Source: Candidatus Heimdallarchaeota archaeon (lineage in GTDB: Archaea; Asgardarchaeota; Heimdallarchaeia; JABLTI01). From it: a stretch of 64,000 bases of DNA. The notes beneath the pieces are model-generated. The model ran no database searches. It was not told where the DNA came from and was given only the letters and a program-made list of their open reading frames with translations. The stretch's first letter is position 1, and every line of letters starts with the position of its first letter. Where the stretch lies: contig JAHLVW010000066.1 in NCBI GenBank assembly GCA_019058275.1, positions 1 to 64,000 of the forward strand. Direction: 5' to 3'. The translations under genes and the position numbers were made by a program. Of this stretch, positions 51,041 to 61,226 are shown piece by piece.

Positions 51041-51865
51041 ATGACCAAAATAACTTTAACCCTTAGGAAGACAACTAAAAAACCAAACATACCAATTGAA
51101 GCAGAAATAATTTCCCCTGACAATTTCGCAAAGAAAAGTATTGATGAAATACGACAATTATCTATTTGGAGAGGTAACAAAGAAATTACACTAAACGATG
51201 TTTTCTCTATAAGGGGAGATGAAAATTTAGGTTCTGAAATAAAGGATATTGAGATTCTTCTGAAGGGTGAATTATCTACCTACAAAAGAATTGGGCAAAA
51301 GATGTCTGATGGAACAATAACAGTTGTTGGATCCATTGGCATGCACTTAGGAGTTCAAATGTCAGGAGGTAAAATCATAGTTACTGGTAATGTTGATGAT
51401 TTTGCTGGTGCAAATATGAAGGGAGGAGAACTTCACATAAAAGGAAATGCTGGACATTATTTGGGAGGATCTGTACGTGGAGATTGGCGAGGGATGACAA
51501 AAGGTAAGATTAAGGTAGAAGGGAATGTTAAGAACGAATGTGGATTATGGATGAGAAATGGTTTAATTGAAATAAATGGGGGAGCTAAAATGTTCTTGGG
51601 TATGCATCTACATAATGGAATAATAGTTATTGATGGAAATGTTACTGAAAGAGCTGGAGCTGAAATGACTGGTGGAGTCATTGTCATTAAAGGAAAATTG
51701 CAAAAGAATTTACCATCTTTCGAGTTTCAAAAAACAGTAGAAAATCTTGAGATAAAGAATTATGGGATTATTGAAGGTTCTTTCTTAGAGTTTAAAGGAG
51801 ATTATGCAGAAAGAAAACAAGGAACACTTTATCTCTTTAAAAAAAACAACAAGCACCTACAATGA
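51041..51865 (+). CDS. fwdC: Formylmethanofuran dehydrogenase subunit C
   Basis: IEAEIISPD, repeated G..M.GG.I.V.GN beta-helix, YLGGSVRGDWRGM. Confidence 0.93.
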   Translation: MTKITLTLRKTTKKPNIPIEAEIISPDNFAKKSIDEIRQLSIWRGNKEITLNDVFSIRGDENLGSEIKDIEILLKGELSTYKRIGQKMSDGTITVVGSIGMHLGVQMSGGKIIVTGNVDDFAGANMKGGELHIKGNAGHYLGGSVRGDWRGMTKGKIKVEGNVKNECGLWMRNGLIEINGGAKMFLGMHLHNGIIVIDGNVTERAGAEMTGGVIVIKGKLQKNLPSFEFQKTVENLEIKNYGIIEGSFLEFKGDYAERKQGTLYLFKKNNKHLQ

Positions 51866-52573
51866 GCTAGTATACACACATCTCGAGACAATATCATAAA
51901 TTGTTTTTAACATGTTAAGATTTGTAACATCTTGATCAAAAGATATTACACCATTAGCAGAGACAGTAACAGTGAGCTGCAAATTAACCTCTCGTATAAT
52001 GAGCTTTATTTCTTGATTTCTTGGCTTATAGCTTTTCAAGTTATTTTGGAAAACATCGTGATTTCTAACAAAGATTTCCAAATTACCGGAAAGAGTTTCA
52101 TCAATACTGAGATCACTTACAGTCATAGAAATTGGTGAAACCTTGTGACGTGTTTTAGATATTCTTTGATAAAAATCCTCTAAATCTAAATCACATGGTA
52201 TAAATATTAGTTTAATTTTTTTGCTTAGAAAATCAGTTGCTTTTTTTATGTGAGTCTTTTTGCCTGTGAAATAACAGAGCAAAATACCTACCGGTGGTTC
52301 TAAGTCTACTGGAGGATCTATAATCTTGATACTGGTGTCATCGTAAACAATCATAGTTTCAGTTCTCATAGAAGGTAAATTTCTGTGTGGAAAAGCAAAT
52401 TTCTTCTCATACATGATATAATACTTGCCTTGAAAGAAGCTAGTTGCTAAAGGATCGAAAGCAATGAATTCAGTATCGATTGTTGGATTTCCGAAATCAA
52501 TACTCGCAAATTGCTCTTTAGTTAAATGCTCTTCTCCAACTAAATAACCCCAAAATAAGGCAATTGTATTCAA
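51857..52573 (-). CDS. Hypothetical protein
   Basis: 238-codon ORF with GAGGT RBS and TTG start. Confidence 0.55.
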   Translation of the reverse strand: MNTIALFWGYLVGEEHLTKEQFASIDFGNPTIDTEFIAFDPLATSFFQGKYYIMYEKKFAFPHRNLPSMRTETMIVYDDTSIKIIDPPVDLEPPVGILLCYFTGKKTHIKKATDFLSKKIKLIFIPCDLDLEDFYQRISKTRHKVSPISMTVSDLSIDETLSGNLEIFVRNHDVFQNNLKSYKPRNQEIKLIIREVNLQLTVTVSANGVISFDQDVTNLNMLKTIYDIVSRCVYTSSL

Positions 52574-52664
52574 TGATATAACCTCTTAAGATTATAAAAA
52601 TACTATATTAAAATTGATTAATAAGAATTTCACAAAAGAACTATTTTAAGGTTCATCTAACCCG

Positions 52665-53270
52665 TTACATCTCGAGATATTTTTGTGCAGGTGACTTCTC
52701 TTCCTCTTCAAACTGCTCGAGAAGCATTTTTCGTCTTAATCTCATTGCAATATAAAATCCTATAGAAAGCACAATAATAATAGCTATTGCTGAAATTAAG
52801 CCTATAACCCAAGGTTGAATATTGTTAGATTTATATGTGAAGGTAAAATCTACATCAACACCCAAATTATTTGGATTGAAGAAAACAAAGTAAATTGTTC
52901 CATTGTCACTGGTAGTAGTTCTAGCTCGCTCAGATTTCACTTCTAGGTATCCAAGGTTTTCATAGTAAACTGATCTTTCAGTTAAACTCATACCTTGCAT
53001 AAGCTGATAATTATGTTCTGTAACTTCTATACTTTGAATTGTTAATTCACTGATCCATTCAAAAATGATAACTTGATTAGCAATTAAATCTGTTTCCTTA
53101 ATGAAAGCCCAGCTTTCAAGAGGAATAAAATATGTTCTTGTAATTGGTGCAGGATCATCGTTGGCAAGAACAAACGAAGTCATATGAGCAAATACTGTAA
53201 AAGCAATTAGAAAGGTTGTTAACAGACGTATGTGTTTGGTATTCATAAGTATCAGCAATTTATCGAGCAT
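52665..53270 (-). CDS. Type I membrane protein with possible GOLD/p24-like ectodomain
   Basis: Signal peptide, beta-rich domain ending NGTIYFVFFNPN...VDFTF, one TM, short charged tail. Confidence 0.5.
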   Translation of the reverse strand: MLDKLLILMNTKHIRLLTTFLIAFTVFAHMTSFVLANDDPAPITRTYFIPLESWAFIKETDLIANQVIIFEWISELTIQSIEVTEHNYQLMQGMSLTERSVYYENLGYLEVKSERARTTTSDNGTIYFVFFNPNNLGVDVDFTFTYKSNNIQPWVIGLISAIAIIIVLSIGFYIAMRLRRKMLLEQFEEEEKSPAQKYLEM

Positions 53271-53484
53271 GTACTAACCCAAAAGAATTTCGGAAAATCT
53301 AGATTGATTGAATATAACCGTAAAAAATCATTTTTTGGTAGTTTTCTTTACTTAAACTATAAATCTTTTAGAAAGAGTTTTTAATTTCATTGTTAATATG
53401 AAGGATTGCTTAGTTTATGATTTTACATGAACTCATTGACTCATTGCAGTCGATTGACAAAAAAAGTAAGGTGGGACAAATATA

Positions 53485-53919
53485 ATGTCTAAAAAAGAAA
53501 AAGAGACTAAAACAAAGAAAGCAGAGAAAAAAGAAACAAAACCAAAAGCAACTAAAGCAAAGAAAGCAGAGAAGAAAGAAACAAAACGAAAGACAACTGC
53601 AAAACCAAAAACTGAAAAAGCTGCTGAACCAAAACCAAGAGACAAACCAGAAAACACAATCTTTGTTGGTAATAAACCAGCAATGACATATTGTCTAGCA
53701 GTTATAACTTGCTTCAACGAGAAGAAAGCTAAAGAAGTAAAAATCTGTGCAAGAGGACGTGCTATTAGTAGTGCTGTAGATGTTGCTGAATTGACACGTA
53801 ATAGGTTCTTACCTGATTTAAAAGTTAAGAAAATCACTACCAGTACAGAGCAAGTTGTTCGCAGAGAAGGTGGTGGCGTAGCTAACGTATCCGCAATAGA
53901 AATTATTCTATCTAAATAA
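53485..53919 (+). CDS. alba: DNA/RNA-binding protein Alba with Lys-rich N-terminal extension
   Basis: [34 protein letters not shown]. Confidence 0.92.
   Translation: MSKKEKETKTKKAEKKETKPKATKAKKAEKKETKRKTTAKPKTEKAAEPKPRDKPENTIFVGNKPAMTYCLAVITCFNEKKAKEVKICARGRAISSAVDVAELTRNRFLPDLKVKKITTSTEQVVRREGGGVANVSAIEIILSK
53513..53587 (+). repeat. 30-bp direct repeat encoding KKAEKKETK twice
   Basis: 53513-53542 and 53558-53587, one mismatch. Confidence 0.8.
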
Positions 53920-54062
53920 TTTCTTTTCCTTTAATTTTTCAGTTTTTTCCTTTATTCTTTCTTTAAATCTTTTTAAATCATAGTAGCATTAATAAACTAA
54001 TAATTAGTCGATTAACTACTCAAATTTGAGAATTTATCTTTTATTTGTTGGTGTAAATAATT

Positions 54063-54596
54063 ATGAAAACTGCAATATGTGCATTTTGTGCTCAAACTGG
54101 GATGCTTTGTAAAGATTGCCAAACTAAATTAAATAGTGGAGAAATCTCAGATACTGACATTCAAATATCCAAAGTTGCTGTTGAATTTGAAAAATTACAT
54201 CCAAATGTATCAAATGTAGCCATATTGAATACTATTGAAAATTCTGAATTCATTATAATTTTAGTTGCTCCTGGAAACTTACGTTTTCTCGTAGGTGGTA
54301 CTTTAGATTTTCATAACCGTTTGGAAAGAGTGTTAAAGAAACCTGTAAAGATTTTAGAGAAAAGCAAAAACAAACGTAAAGCTATTGATGGTATTTTTTC
54401 ACCTGCATTAATTAGCGGTATTAATACAGTTTTCGTTCCAGCGCGTAATCCCAAACCTGGACAAATATCTGTGGAAGAAGAAACAATTGTTGTTTTATCT
54501 CCAGATGAAAAAATTAGGCTACCAGGTAAACTTGAAGATTTAATTGAACTAGTAAAATTGATTGCTGGTGTTGATATAAGAGTTGAATTTCGTTAA
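54063..54596 (+). CDS. Archaeal NusA-like KH protein with N-terminal Zn finger
   Basis: CAFCAQTGMLCKDC, KPVKILE, P..ISGINTVF. Confidence 0.75.
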   Translation: MKTAICAFCAQTGMLCKDCQTKLNSGEISDTDIQISKVAVEFEKLHPNVSNVAILNTIENSEFIIILVAPGNLRFLVGGTLDFHNRLERVLKKPVKILEKSKNKRKAIDGIFSPALISGINTVFVPARNPKPGQISVEEETIVVLSPDEKIRLPGKLEDLIELVKLIAGVDIRVEFR

Positions 54597-54629
54597 TTGA
54601 AATTTAATTCACTAATTTTTCTTCTGTTA

Positions 54630-55901
54630 TTAATAATTTAAAGGAGTAGTTTTCATTAATTCTCTCATTAAAACAGTTGCATAAGAACCTGGTTTCAACG
54701 AAAACCTGACATTGACATCAATATTACCGTTTGGATTTGCACTTATAGTAAAATCAAATTTCTTAGGTTCCATAGCTAATTTTCTATTTGATCCGCCAAA
54801 CTTCAGACTTGGTAAACATTTAACCTTAAAATTCTCAAGTGTTATTCCATCCTTCTCGAGAATATCTAATATAAAATTCGATAAATCATTATCACTCAAA
54901 TTAGACATGTAACCAACAATAGGTAAGACTACTTGTTTATTTTCTATTATATCAATAGGTTTCTGAGATAAATTTCCATATCGTTTCATTCTTTCAGAGA
55001 GTGCTAGATTCCATAAGTAAGATTGATATGAATGGATGAAAATTCTGAGAAGATTTTTGGGCAGCTTTTGTAATGCACCAATAAAATTATTTGGACTCTT
55101 TATCAAATGCTTGAGAATCATTCGTTCAAAAACCATCGATTTTGGTAAAAGGTTGAGCGTTTCTTCAGAATCATTTGTTTTAAGAAAAACTCTTTTAGCA
55201 AATGATGTCGTTTCTGCTTCACCAATTGACGTTTTACCAATATAATAATTTATAGCTTCCTCAATATTACCTAAAAGAAGTTGTTTACCAATTTCGTGAG
55301 ATGTTGGACTTCTGGAGCCAAATCTTTGATGACCAAAAAAATTTGGAATTCCTGAAAATTGCTTTACTTCTTGCATAATCTCTTTTATCTGATTTCTTAG
55401 TAACTCAACATCTCCAGAAATATCGCTAATTTTTATTGTGAAGAAATTCCCATTTAAATCTCCAAGATAGGTTTTGTATATAGTTGTTCTTGGTGATCGA
55501 ATTGTAATTCTGTTTAATTGAAGATTTGATAGCTCCTCAGGCGGAACACGCCAGATTGTTGCTCTTTGAGCAGTATGTGCTGACTTATCTTTTGTTCCTG
55601 CAACGTTTATGTCATTAATATCTCGGCCAAGTGCTGAAGCTATTCTATGCTGAGCACTATGACTTTCAACATCTTCTTTGATAAGAATGAATTCAGTAAA
55701 TAATCCAGCTTCATCTTCACCCAAAGTAAAATCTACATCATTGATTTTAATAACTCTATTATCCGGTAGGATTTCCTCTACCTGAAAATCTTTAGGGCTA
55801 AGTCGAAGCTTACCTTCTATTCCAGGAGAATGTGTGCTATAGAAACGCATTCCCATTAATTGTTCGATAGGATGACTATCCCTTAATTTTCTTTCTTCCA
55901 T
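54630..55901 (-). CDS. truD: tRNA pseudouridine(13) synthase
   Basis: DFQVEEI, AGTKDK, GNFF, PNFFGHQRFG, GSYATVLMRE. Confidence 0.93.
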   Translation of the reverse strand: MEERKLRDSHPIEQLMGMRFYSTHSPGIEGKLRLSPKDFQVEEILPDNRVIKINDVDFTLGEDEAGLFTEFILIKEDVESHSAQHRIASALGRDINDINVAGTKDKSAHTAQRATIWRVPPEELSNLQLNRITIRSPRTTIYKTYLGDLNGNFFTIKISDISGDVELLRNQIKEIMQEVKQFSGIPNFFGHQRFGSRSPTSHEIGKQLLLGNIEEAINYYIGKTSIGEAETTSFAKRVFLKTNDSEETLNLLPKSMVFERMILKHLIKSPNNFIGALQKLPKNLLRIFIHSYQSYLWNLALSERMKRYGNLSQKPIDIIENKQVVLPIVGYMSNLSDNDLSNFILDILEKDGITLENFKVKCLPSLKFGGSNRKLAMEPKKFDFTISANPNGNIDVNVRFSLKPGSYATVLMRELMKTTPLNY

Positions 55902-55923
55902 TGCAATCTCCTATATCGAAAAA

Positions 55924-56292
55924 TTATAGCAATTTCAGATTTGAAGTAATTTTATCTAACTTATTATTTGGAGCTGGTCCTATAGCAACTGCAGTTGCAG
56001 TTCCAGCTGGTAATTCAGTTAGTCCAGCATCATTTATGAAGGAACATGGCAAATTGCTTGATCTAGCTTTCTGATATAATAATTCAAGTTGTTCCTTAGA
56101 TAAAATTTGCACTACAACTTTTTTTTGTCCTTTGGAAAACCAACTCTTAACCCATTTCAATTTGGATCTTTTTGCTTCTTCTACAGCAATTACAGCTGCA
56201 TGTGAAGCTTGCACAGCCATTTTACCTTTTGTCATTTTAAGATCAGTGCGAATAGCAATTATCATTTTGTACTGGAAGTTATCAAAGATCAT
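55924..56292 (-). CDS. pth2: Peptidyl-tRNA hydrolase Pth2
   Basis: RTDLKMTKGKMAVQASHA, GQKKVV, DAGLTE, IGPAP. Confidence 0.93.
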   Translation of the reverse strand: MIFDNFQYKMIIAIRTDLKMTKGKMAVQASHAAVIAVEEAKRSKLKWVKSWFSKGQKKVVVQILSKEQLELLYQKARSSNLPCSFINDAGLTELPAGTATAVAIGPAPNNKLDKITSNLKLL

Positions 56293-56479
56293 TTTCTTCT
56301 TCACTTTAAATTGGGAATAGATTTTATTTAGATTAATTGATTTAAACATATGACTAAGTGTGTATAAATGAATTGCCAAACTAGATTTTGGTGTTTAATA
56401 AGGAATTAGTTAAATAACTTACATTAGTGTAACTGTTAAGCAATAAATAAATACAAACTAGAAAATAGGAGAACTAACC

Positions 56480-57709
56480 TTGGATTCCGAGCTAACAATA
56501 ATTGGTGCAGGACCTGTTGGTTCATTAGCTGCTTATTCAGCTGCAAGTAATGGTTCTGATGTGACAGTTCTGGATCAAAGGAAAAGGATTGGTCACCCAG
56601 ATCATTGTGCTGGACTGATAAGTAAATCTGGGTTAGCTTTGCTTGGATTAAATGATCTGCCTAAAAAAGTGATACAAAATAATGATATTCAAGGAGCAAG
56701 ATTTTTCTCGCCTTCAGGTAAGTCATTTGTTGTTAAACGAAAATCAGCACAAGCTATTGTTGTTAATCGTGAACTTTTCGATCAATTTCTTGTAGAACGG
56801 TCCGAAAAAATTGGTGTGAATTACCTTAAAGGTAGGAAAGTAAGCAATATTTCCTTTGATAAGAAAAGAAAACATGTTAATATCAATTACTTTGAAGTTC
56901 AAAAGAAAAACAAAAAAGAAATCAAAACGCATTCGTCTTTTGTAAGCATAATTGCTAATGGTGCTAGAAGCTCTCTTGTTGAAAAAACTAATTGTAAAGC
57001 AGTACCTCAAACCCGCTATCTCTCTGGATATCAGTTACTAGTTGAGAATGTTTCCGATTTGAATGTTAATTTTGTGGAACTCTTTACAAGTAATAAATTT
57101 GCTCCGGGATTCTTCGCATGGGTTATACCTATTAACGAAACAACAGCAAAAGTTGGTTTAGTATCAAGCAAGAAATTATCAGTTGAAAAATTGAGCTATT
57201 TTATGAACAAGTACCCACCAGTAAAAGATAGATTTACAAAAAGTACTCCTTTAGAGAAATATGGTGGTAAAGTAATTATTCGAGGTTTGCTAAAGAAGAC
57301 TTCAACTGATGGTTTATTAATTACCGGAGATGCAGCTGGCCAAACAAAAGACACAACTGGAGGGGGAGTAATTACTGGAGGATTAGCAGCTATAATAGCC
57401 GGACAAGTAGCTGCTGAAGCAATTAAGGAGAGTAAAAATAACAAACAATTTATGAAAACTTATGATAAACAATGGAAAAAGGCTCTTTTAAAACAATTCA
57501 GAACAATGGCTGTTTTTAGATGGCTAGTTAATAGGTTAACTGATAAGGCTTTGGAGAAAGCTTTTGAAACTGTTATAACGAATGATTTAGATCAACTTAT
57601 CAATCAGAAAGGAGACATCGATAGTCAAGCAGAGATTCTTTTAGCCTTGTTAAAGCATCCCGAAGTTTTTAAACTTATTTTTAGAGTCTTACCTAATTTG
57701 CAATTCTAA
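56480..57709 (+). CDS. Geranylgeranyl reductase family protein
   Basis: IGAGPVG, HCAG, APGFFAWVIP, GDAAG...TGGG. Confidence 0.85.
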   Translation: MDSELTIIGAGPVGSLAAYSAASNGSDVTVLDQRKRIGHPDHCAGLISKSGLALLGLNDLPKKVIQNNDIQGARFFSPSGKSFVVKRKSAQAIVVNRELFDQFLVERSEKIGVNYLKGRKVSNISFDKKRKHVNINYFEVQKKNKKEIKTHSSFVSIIANGARSSLVEKTNCKAVPQTRYLSGYQLLVENVSDLNVNFVELFTSNKFAPGFFAWVIPINETTAKVGLVSSKKLSVEKLSYFMNKYPPVKDRFTKSTPLEKYGGKVIIRGLLKKTSTDGLLITGDAAGQTKDTTGGGVITGGLAAIIAGQVAAEAIKESKNNKQFMKTYDKQWKKALLKQFRTMAVFRWLVNRLTDKALEKAFETVITNDLDQLINQKGDIDSQAEILLALLKHPEVFKLIFRVLPNLQF

Positions 57710-57722
57710 AAATTTCAAAAAT

Positions 57723-57767
57723 AAAAAAAACCTCTTTTGCTACTCTTCAGCATTAGAGGATTTTTTT
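57723..57767. terminator. Bidirectional terminator between convergent genes
   Basis: A8-CCTCT...AGAGG-A-T7 inverted repeat. Confidence 0.5.
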
Positions 57768-57780
57768 GATAATTTCTAAA

Positions 57781-58800
57781 TTACTCTTTCCAAATTTTAC
57801 CTGTATAACATGGTGTTGGTAAATCTTTCATTGTGAGTAAACCAGGCTGAGCATTAACAGTTTTAGGAATTAGATTAACAATCATTGATGCAGTACCAAC
57901 ATCACCGTGTACACCACCAATTATCTTCTGCTGAATACCTGGTACGCCTTCAATAGTGATACTATCATACTCGTCATGATCACCAGAATAAGCATAAAAG
58001 TCTAAGATGATAATTTCCCTATCACCCTTTTTAGCAACACCACGACTATGTAAACCTCGAACATAACCTTCTTCTACTCTTCCTAAGGGACTATCAAAAG
58101 CTTTCTCTGTTATCATAGCATTTGGTGGGAACTCAATGATTTCATCAACATCAAAACCAAGAGCTGAAACGATCATTTGAATAGATTCTTCTAAGCCAAC
58201 ATGGCCAGTTATTTCCTTATCACTGATCTTCTTATTGAATTCACTTATGGTTAAGTTAGTTCCTATTTTCTTCTGGAATGGAATTCTTCTTCTGCTCGAG
58301 TTCATCATTCGTGTAACATGTATTTTTTCAACAGTTTCACATGGAGCAGTCAAAGCAATAGGCAAGAGATCCATTAAATATCCTGGATTTATTCCTGAGC
58401 CAACAATTGTTACACCCTTCTCTTTTGCAGCTTCGTCAATTTTTGCCGAAAGTTCTGGGTGAAAATCCCAAGGATATGATAGCTGTTCACAAAGTGTAAG
58501 TACATTTGCACCTGCTTCAATAATCTGCATTATCATTGGAGCTATTGTTTCAAAAAATGATGAAGTAGCAATTATCACAAGATCAATTTTTTTAGTTAAA
58601 AGTGGTTCTAATTCTTTCACGATAGGAAGCTTTGGGGTTTTAGGAATATCAATTATTTCATCAAGTGTCTTGCCTTCAAAGGCTGGATCAATATCAACGA
58701 TACCTGCGAATTTGATGTTTTTTCTTTTAACTAAGAGTTTAGCTACCAATTGCCCCATTGGTCCTAAACCAACTTGTATAATATTAAACTTTTTACCCAT
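57781..58800 (-). CDS. 2,4-diaminopentanoate dehydrogenase / DapB-like oxidoreductase
   Basis: GLGPMG, GSGINPGYLMD, GHVGL, GGVHGD. Confidence 0.78.
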   Translation of the reverse strand: MGKKFNIIQVGLGPMGQLVAKLLVKRKNIKFAGIVDIDPAFEGKTLDEIIDIPKTPKLPIVKELEPLLTKKIDLVIIATSSFFETIAPMIMQIIEAGANVLTLCEQLSYPWDFHPELSAKIDEAAKEKGVTIVGSGINPGYLMDLLPIALTAPCETVEKIHVTRMMNSSRRRIPFQKKIGTNLTISEFNKKISDKEITGHVGLEESIQMIVSALGFDVDEIIEFPPNAMITEKAFDSPLGRVEEGYVRGLHSRGVAKKGDREIIILDFYAYSGDHDEYDSITIEGVPGIQQKIIGGVHGDVGTASMIVNLIPKTVNAQPGLLTMKDLPTPCYTGKIWKE

Positions 58801-58904
58801 TTTTATTCCTCACTGATATTAACTTTAAACAGAAGTATTATTTAACATTAAAATTTTTTTTGATGAACACTAAAAACTATATTTTTAGAGAAAAGAGAAA
58901 AATA

Positions 58905-58978
58905 ATGGCTCAGTTACCCCAGTTTAGCTCAGAGTCTTACACAAAGACTAGCCAGACCGTACGTCACATCATTGCCAT
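58905..58978 (-). ncRNA. Box C/D sRNA
   Basis: ATGGC/GCCAT terminal stem, box C ATGATGT, box D CTGA, internal hairpin AGTCTT/AAGACT, downstream T-rich terminator. Confidence 0.75.
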
Positions 58979-59096
58979 GCTAGATAAATCATTAAAATCA
59001 ATTAAATTTATTGATAAATTTCAAGGATTAATCTTGATTTACTTCTTGGGATTTTTACACTAAAGTTATTAAACCAGTTAAAGGAATCCCATTGTA

Positions 59097-59789
59097 ATGA
59101 AGAAAACAAAGATGCCTAAAACCAATAATGTTTCTCCTTCTATCTCAGAAGTTTATGATATAATTGCAGAGAGTTTTGATTCTAAAAGAAAGCATCCTTG
59201 GGAAGAAGTTACAACTTTCATTTCAAAAATTGCTCCTGGTAAATTTGTACTGGATTTAGGTTCAGGTAATGGCAGACATTCAAGAATTCTTATTGAGAAT
59301 GATATAGAAGCAATTGGTTATGATATCTCTCTTAATATTTTAAAAACTGCTAGGGAAAACGAGTTACAAAAAGTGAAAGAAAGAATTTTTGGATTGATTA
59401 ATGGAGATGCAAGATATCTTGCATTTAGATCTTCATCACTTGATGGATTCATTATGATTGCAGTTATTCATCATTTTGAATCAGATGAACAAAGAAAATT
59501 AGTTTTAAATGAGATTAAGAGAGTGCTTAGAAGAAATGGTGTTGGCTTAATCAGTTGTTGGCAAAGAACACACCCACGATTTAAGAAAAGCGATTTGGTT
59601 GAACAAATAGCTAAAGGCGAGAAAGATGTTTATGTTCCATGGGTGATGCCCAACGGAGAAAAAATTGAGAGATATTATTATCTTTTTGACCCTGAAGAAT
59701 TAATGGAAATAGTGGAAGAAGCAGGATTAAGCATAATCAAAAGTGAAATCTCTCATCATAATTTATTCTTAACAGTCAAAAAAGAATAA
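59097..59789 (+). CDS. Class I SAM methyltransferase, Trm9/ALKBH8-like
   Basis: VYD.IA..F...R..PW, LDLGSGNG, IAVIHH, D..VPW, RYYYLF...EL. Confidence 0.8.
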   Translation: MKKTKMPKTNNVSPSISEVYDIIAESFDSKRKHPWEEVTTFISKIAPGKFVLDLGSGNGRHSRILIENDIEAIGYDISLNILKTARENELQKVKERIFGLINGDARYLAFRSSSLDGFIMIAVIHHFESDEQRKLVLNEIKRVLRRNGVGLISCWQRTHPRFKKSDLVEQIAKGEKDVYVPWVMPNGEKIERYYYLFDPEELMEIVEEAGLSIIKSEISHHNLFLTVKKE

Positions 59790-59915
59790 TCTACTCTTTT
59801 TGTGTAAACTTGCAAAATACAATTAATTTAATAATGATTTATTCTAAATATAAAGTATAGAATTGTAAAATCATCAAAAAATTATCAAAACCAAATATTT
59901 GGCGGGTTCATCGTT

Positions 59916-61061
59916 ATGATTAATAAAATAAAAAGCATTTATGCTCGAAGAAAAGCAATCAGTCCAGTAATTGCAACAATACTATTAATTGCACTGACCG
60001 TTGCTGCTGTAGCTTTAGTTTATTTTGTATTAATACCTATGTTTAAAACATACAAATTGGATGCAGAAATAACCTATGTTAGTGATACTAATAAGGATTC
60101 TATGTATGATGAAATAACTCTACAAATGGTTAATTCAGGAACACAAGTTGTTGATATTTATAACTTAACAATTTGGATCTGTACTCAGAATGATTTGTCC
60201 ACCCCTAATAATTGGCTTGCTTTAATGGAATGGAATTTCAGTAATCCGAATGATATTACAATTGCTCCCTCTGATGTAGCTACTGATGTCAAAATCAGTG
60301 GTGAAGAACAAATAATTTTAACTGTTGTTGAAGATACTTACGCTCGAATAGAGATAATGTACTATGGTGGAGCTAATCCCCTCTTCATTGATTGGTTTAG
60401 ATTAAATGATTATTTTGATGAAGCTGATCTTTTAATAGATTTCTCAGCTTTTGAATTAACTGCAACAGCATTTGAAGGAACTATTGATGACCCAAGTAGA
60501 ACTGCCAATAATTATAAAACAGAAGGTGGAGATTACACATTGTTAGAAGATAACTACAACATCTTACCAGTCCTTAATGAAACTGATGTTTTATTTTGGG
60601 TTGGAGATAGTATTTTGGTTATGAATGGACAAGCTCCTCAAGGTAACTTATCGGATATACCATTAGTACAATCGATGAATGTTTCTACTTTCTTCCGATC
60701 GAGGAAATTCTACATTTTAGGATTAGCTGGTTCATGGGGTGATGAATTTCCTAATAATGATTGGTCAGTAAAAATTACAATTACTTACACAGATGATTCA
60801 TTTGTTGAATGGGAACTAGGACATGAATACGTTGATGACTGGTGGTATGGTTCTAATCCTGGTAATGATTGTATATCAGCACCATATGGATATGTCACAG
60901 AAATTGATTTGGGAGACCAAATTGATAGGCCAAATTCCCACATACATACACATACAACAAGGTTCTACATTGATTTCTATAAATATGTAAAATCAATAAC
61001 ATTTACAGATCCTGGTGATGACTATTCATCTGCACATATCATAGCAATAACATTTAGGTAA
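59916..61061 (+). CDS. Archaeal type IV pilin-like protein with large C-terminal domain
   Basis: Class III signal peptide RRKA/ISPVIATILLIALTVAAV. Confidence 0.8.
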   Translation: MINKIKSIYARRKAISPVIATILLIALTVAAVALVYFVLIPMFKTYKLDAEITYVSDTNKDSMYDEITLQMVNSGTQVVDIYNLTIWICTQNDLSTPNNWLALMEWNFSNPNDITIAPSDVATDVKISGEEQIILTVVEDTYARIEIMYYGGANPLFIDWFRLNDYFDEADLLIDFSAFELTATAFEGTIDDPSRTANNYKTEGGDYTLLEDNYNILPVLNETDVLFWVGDSILVMNGQAPQGNLSDIPLVQSMNVSTFFRSRKFYILGLAGSWGDEFPNNDWSVKITITYTDDSFVEWELGHEYVDDWWYGSNPGNDCISAPYGYVTEIDLGDQIDRPNSHIHTHTTRFYIDFYKYVKSITFTDPGDDYSSAHIIAITFR

Positions 61062-61226
61062 ATTATCTAGGATTGAATTAGAATACTAATTCAATTTTTT
61101 TTATTTTTTCAAGCTTATCACAACACGAAAGCATATAATAGAGATTAGTATATATTATAATGTCTGAATAATATTCGAAAATTTAAAAACTCTAATCTAT
61201 AATTATTAGCAAGGTGAAACCACCTC

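Noticed and set aside
58860-59063. 67-aa plus-strand ORF
   Set aside because: Better explained as antisense to the C/D sRNA and promoter DNA.
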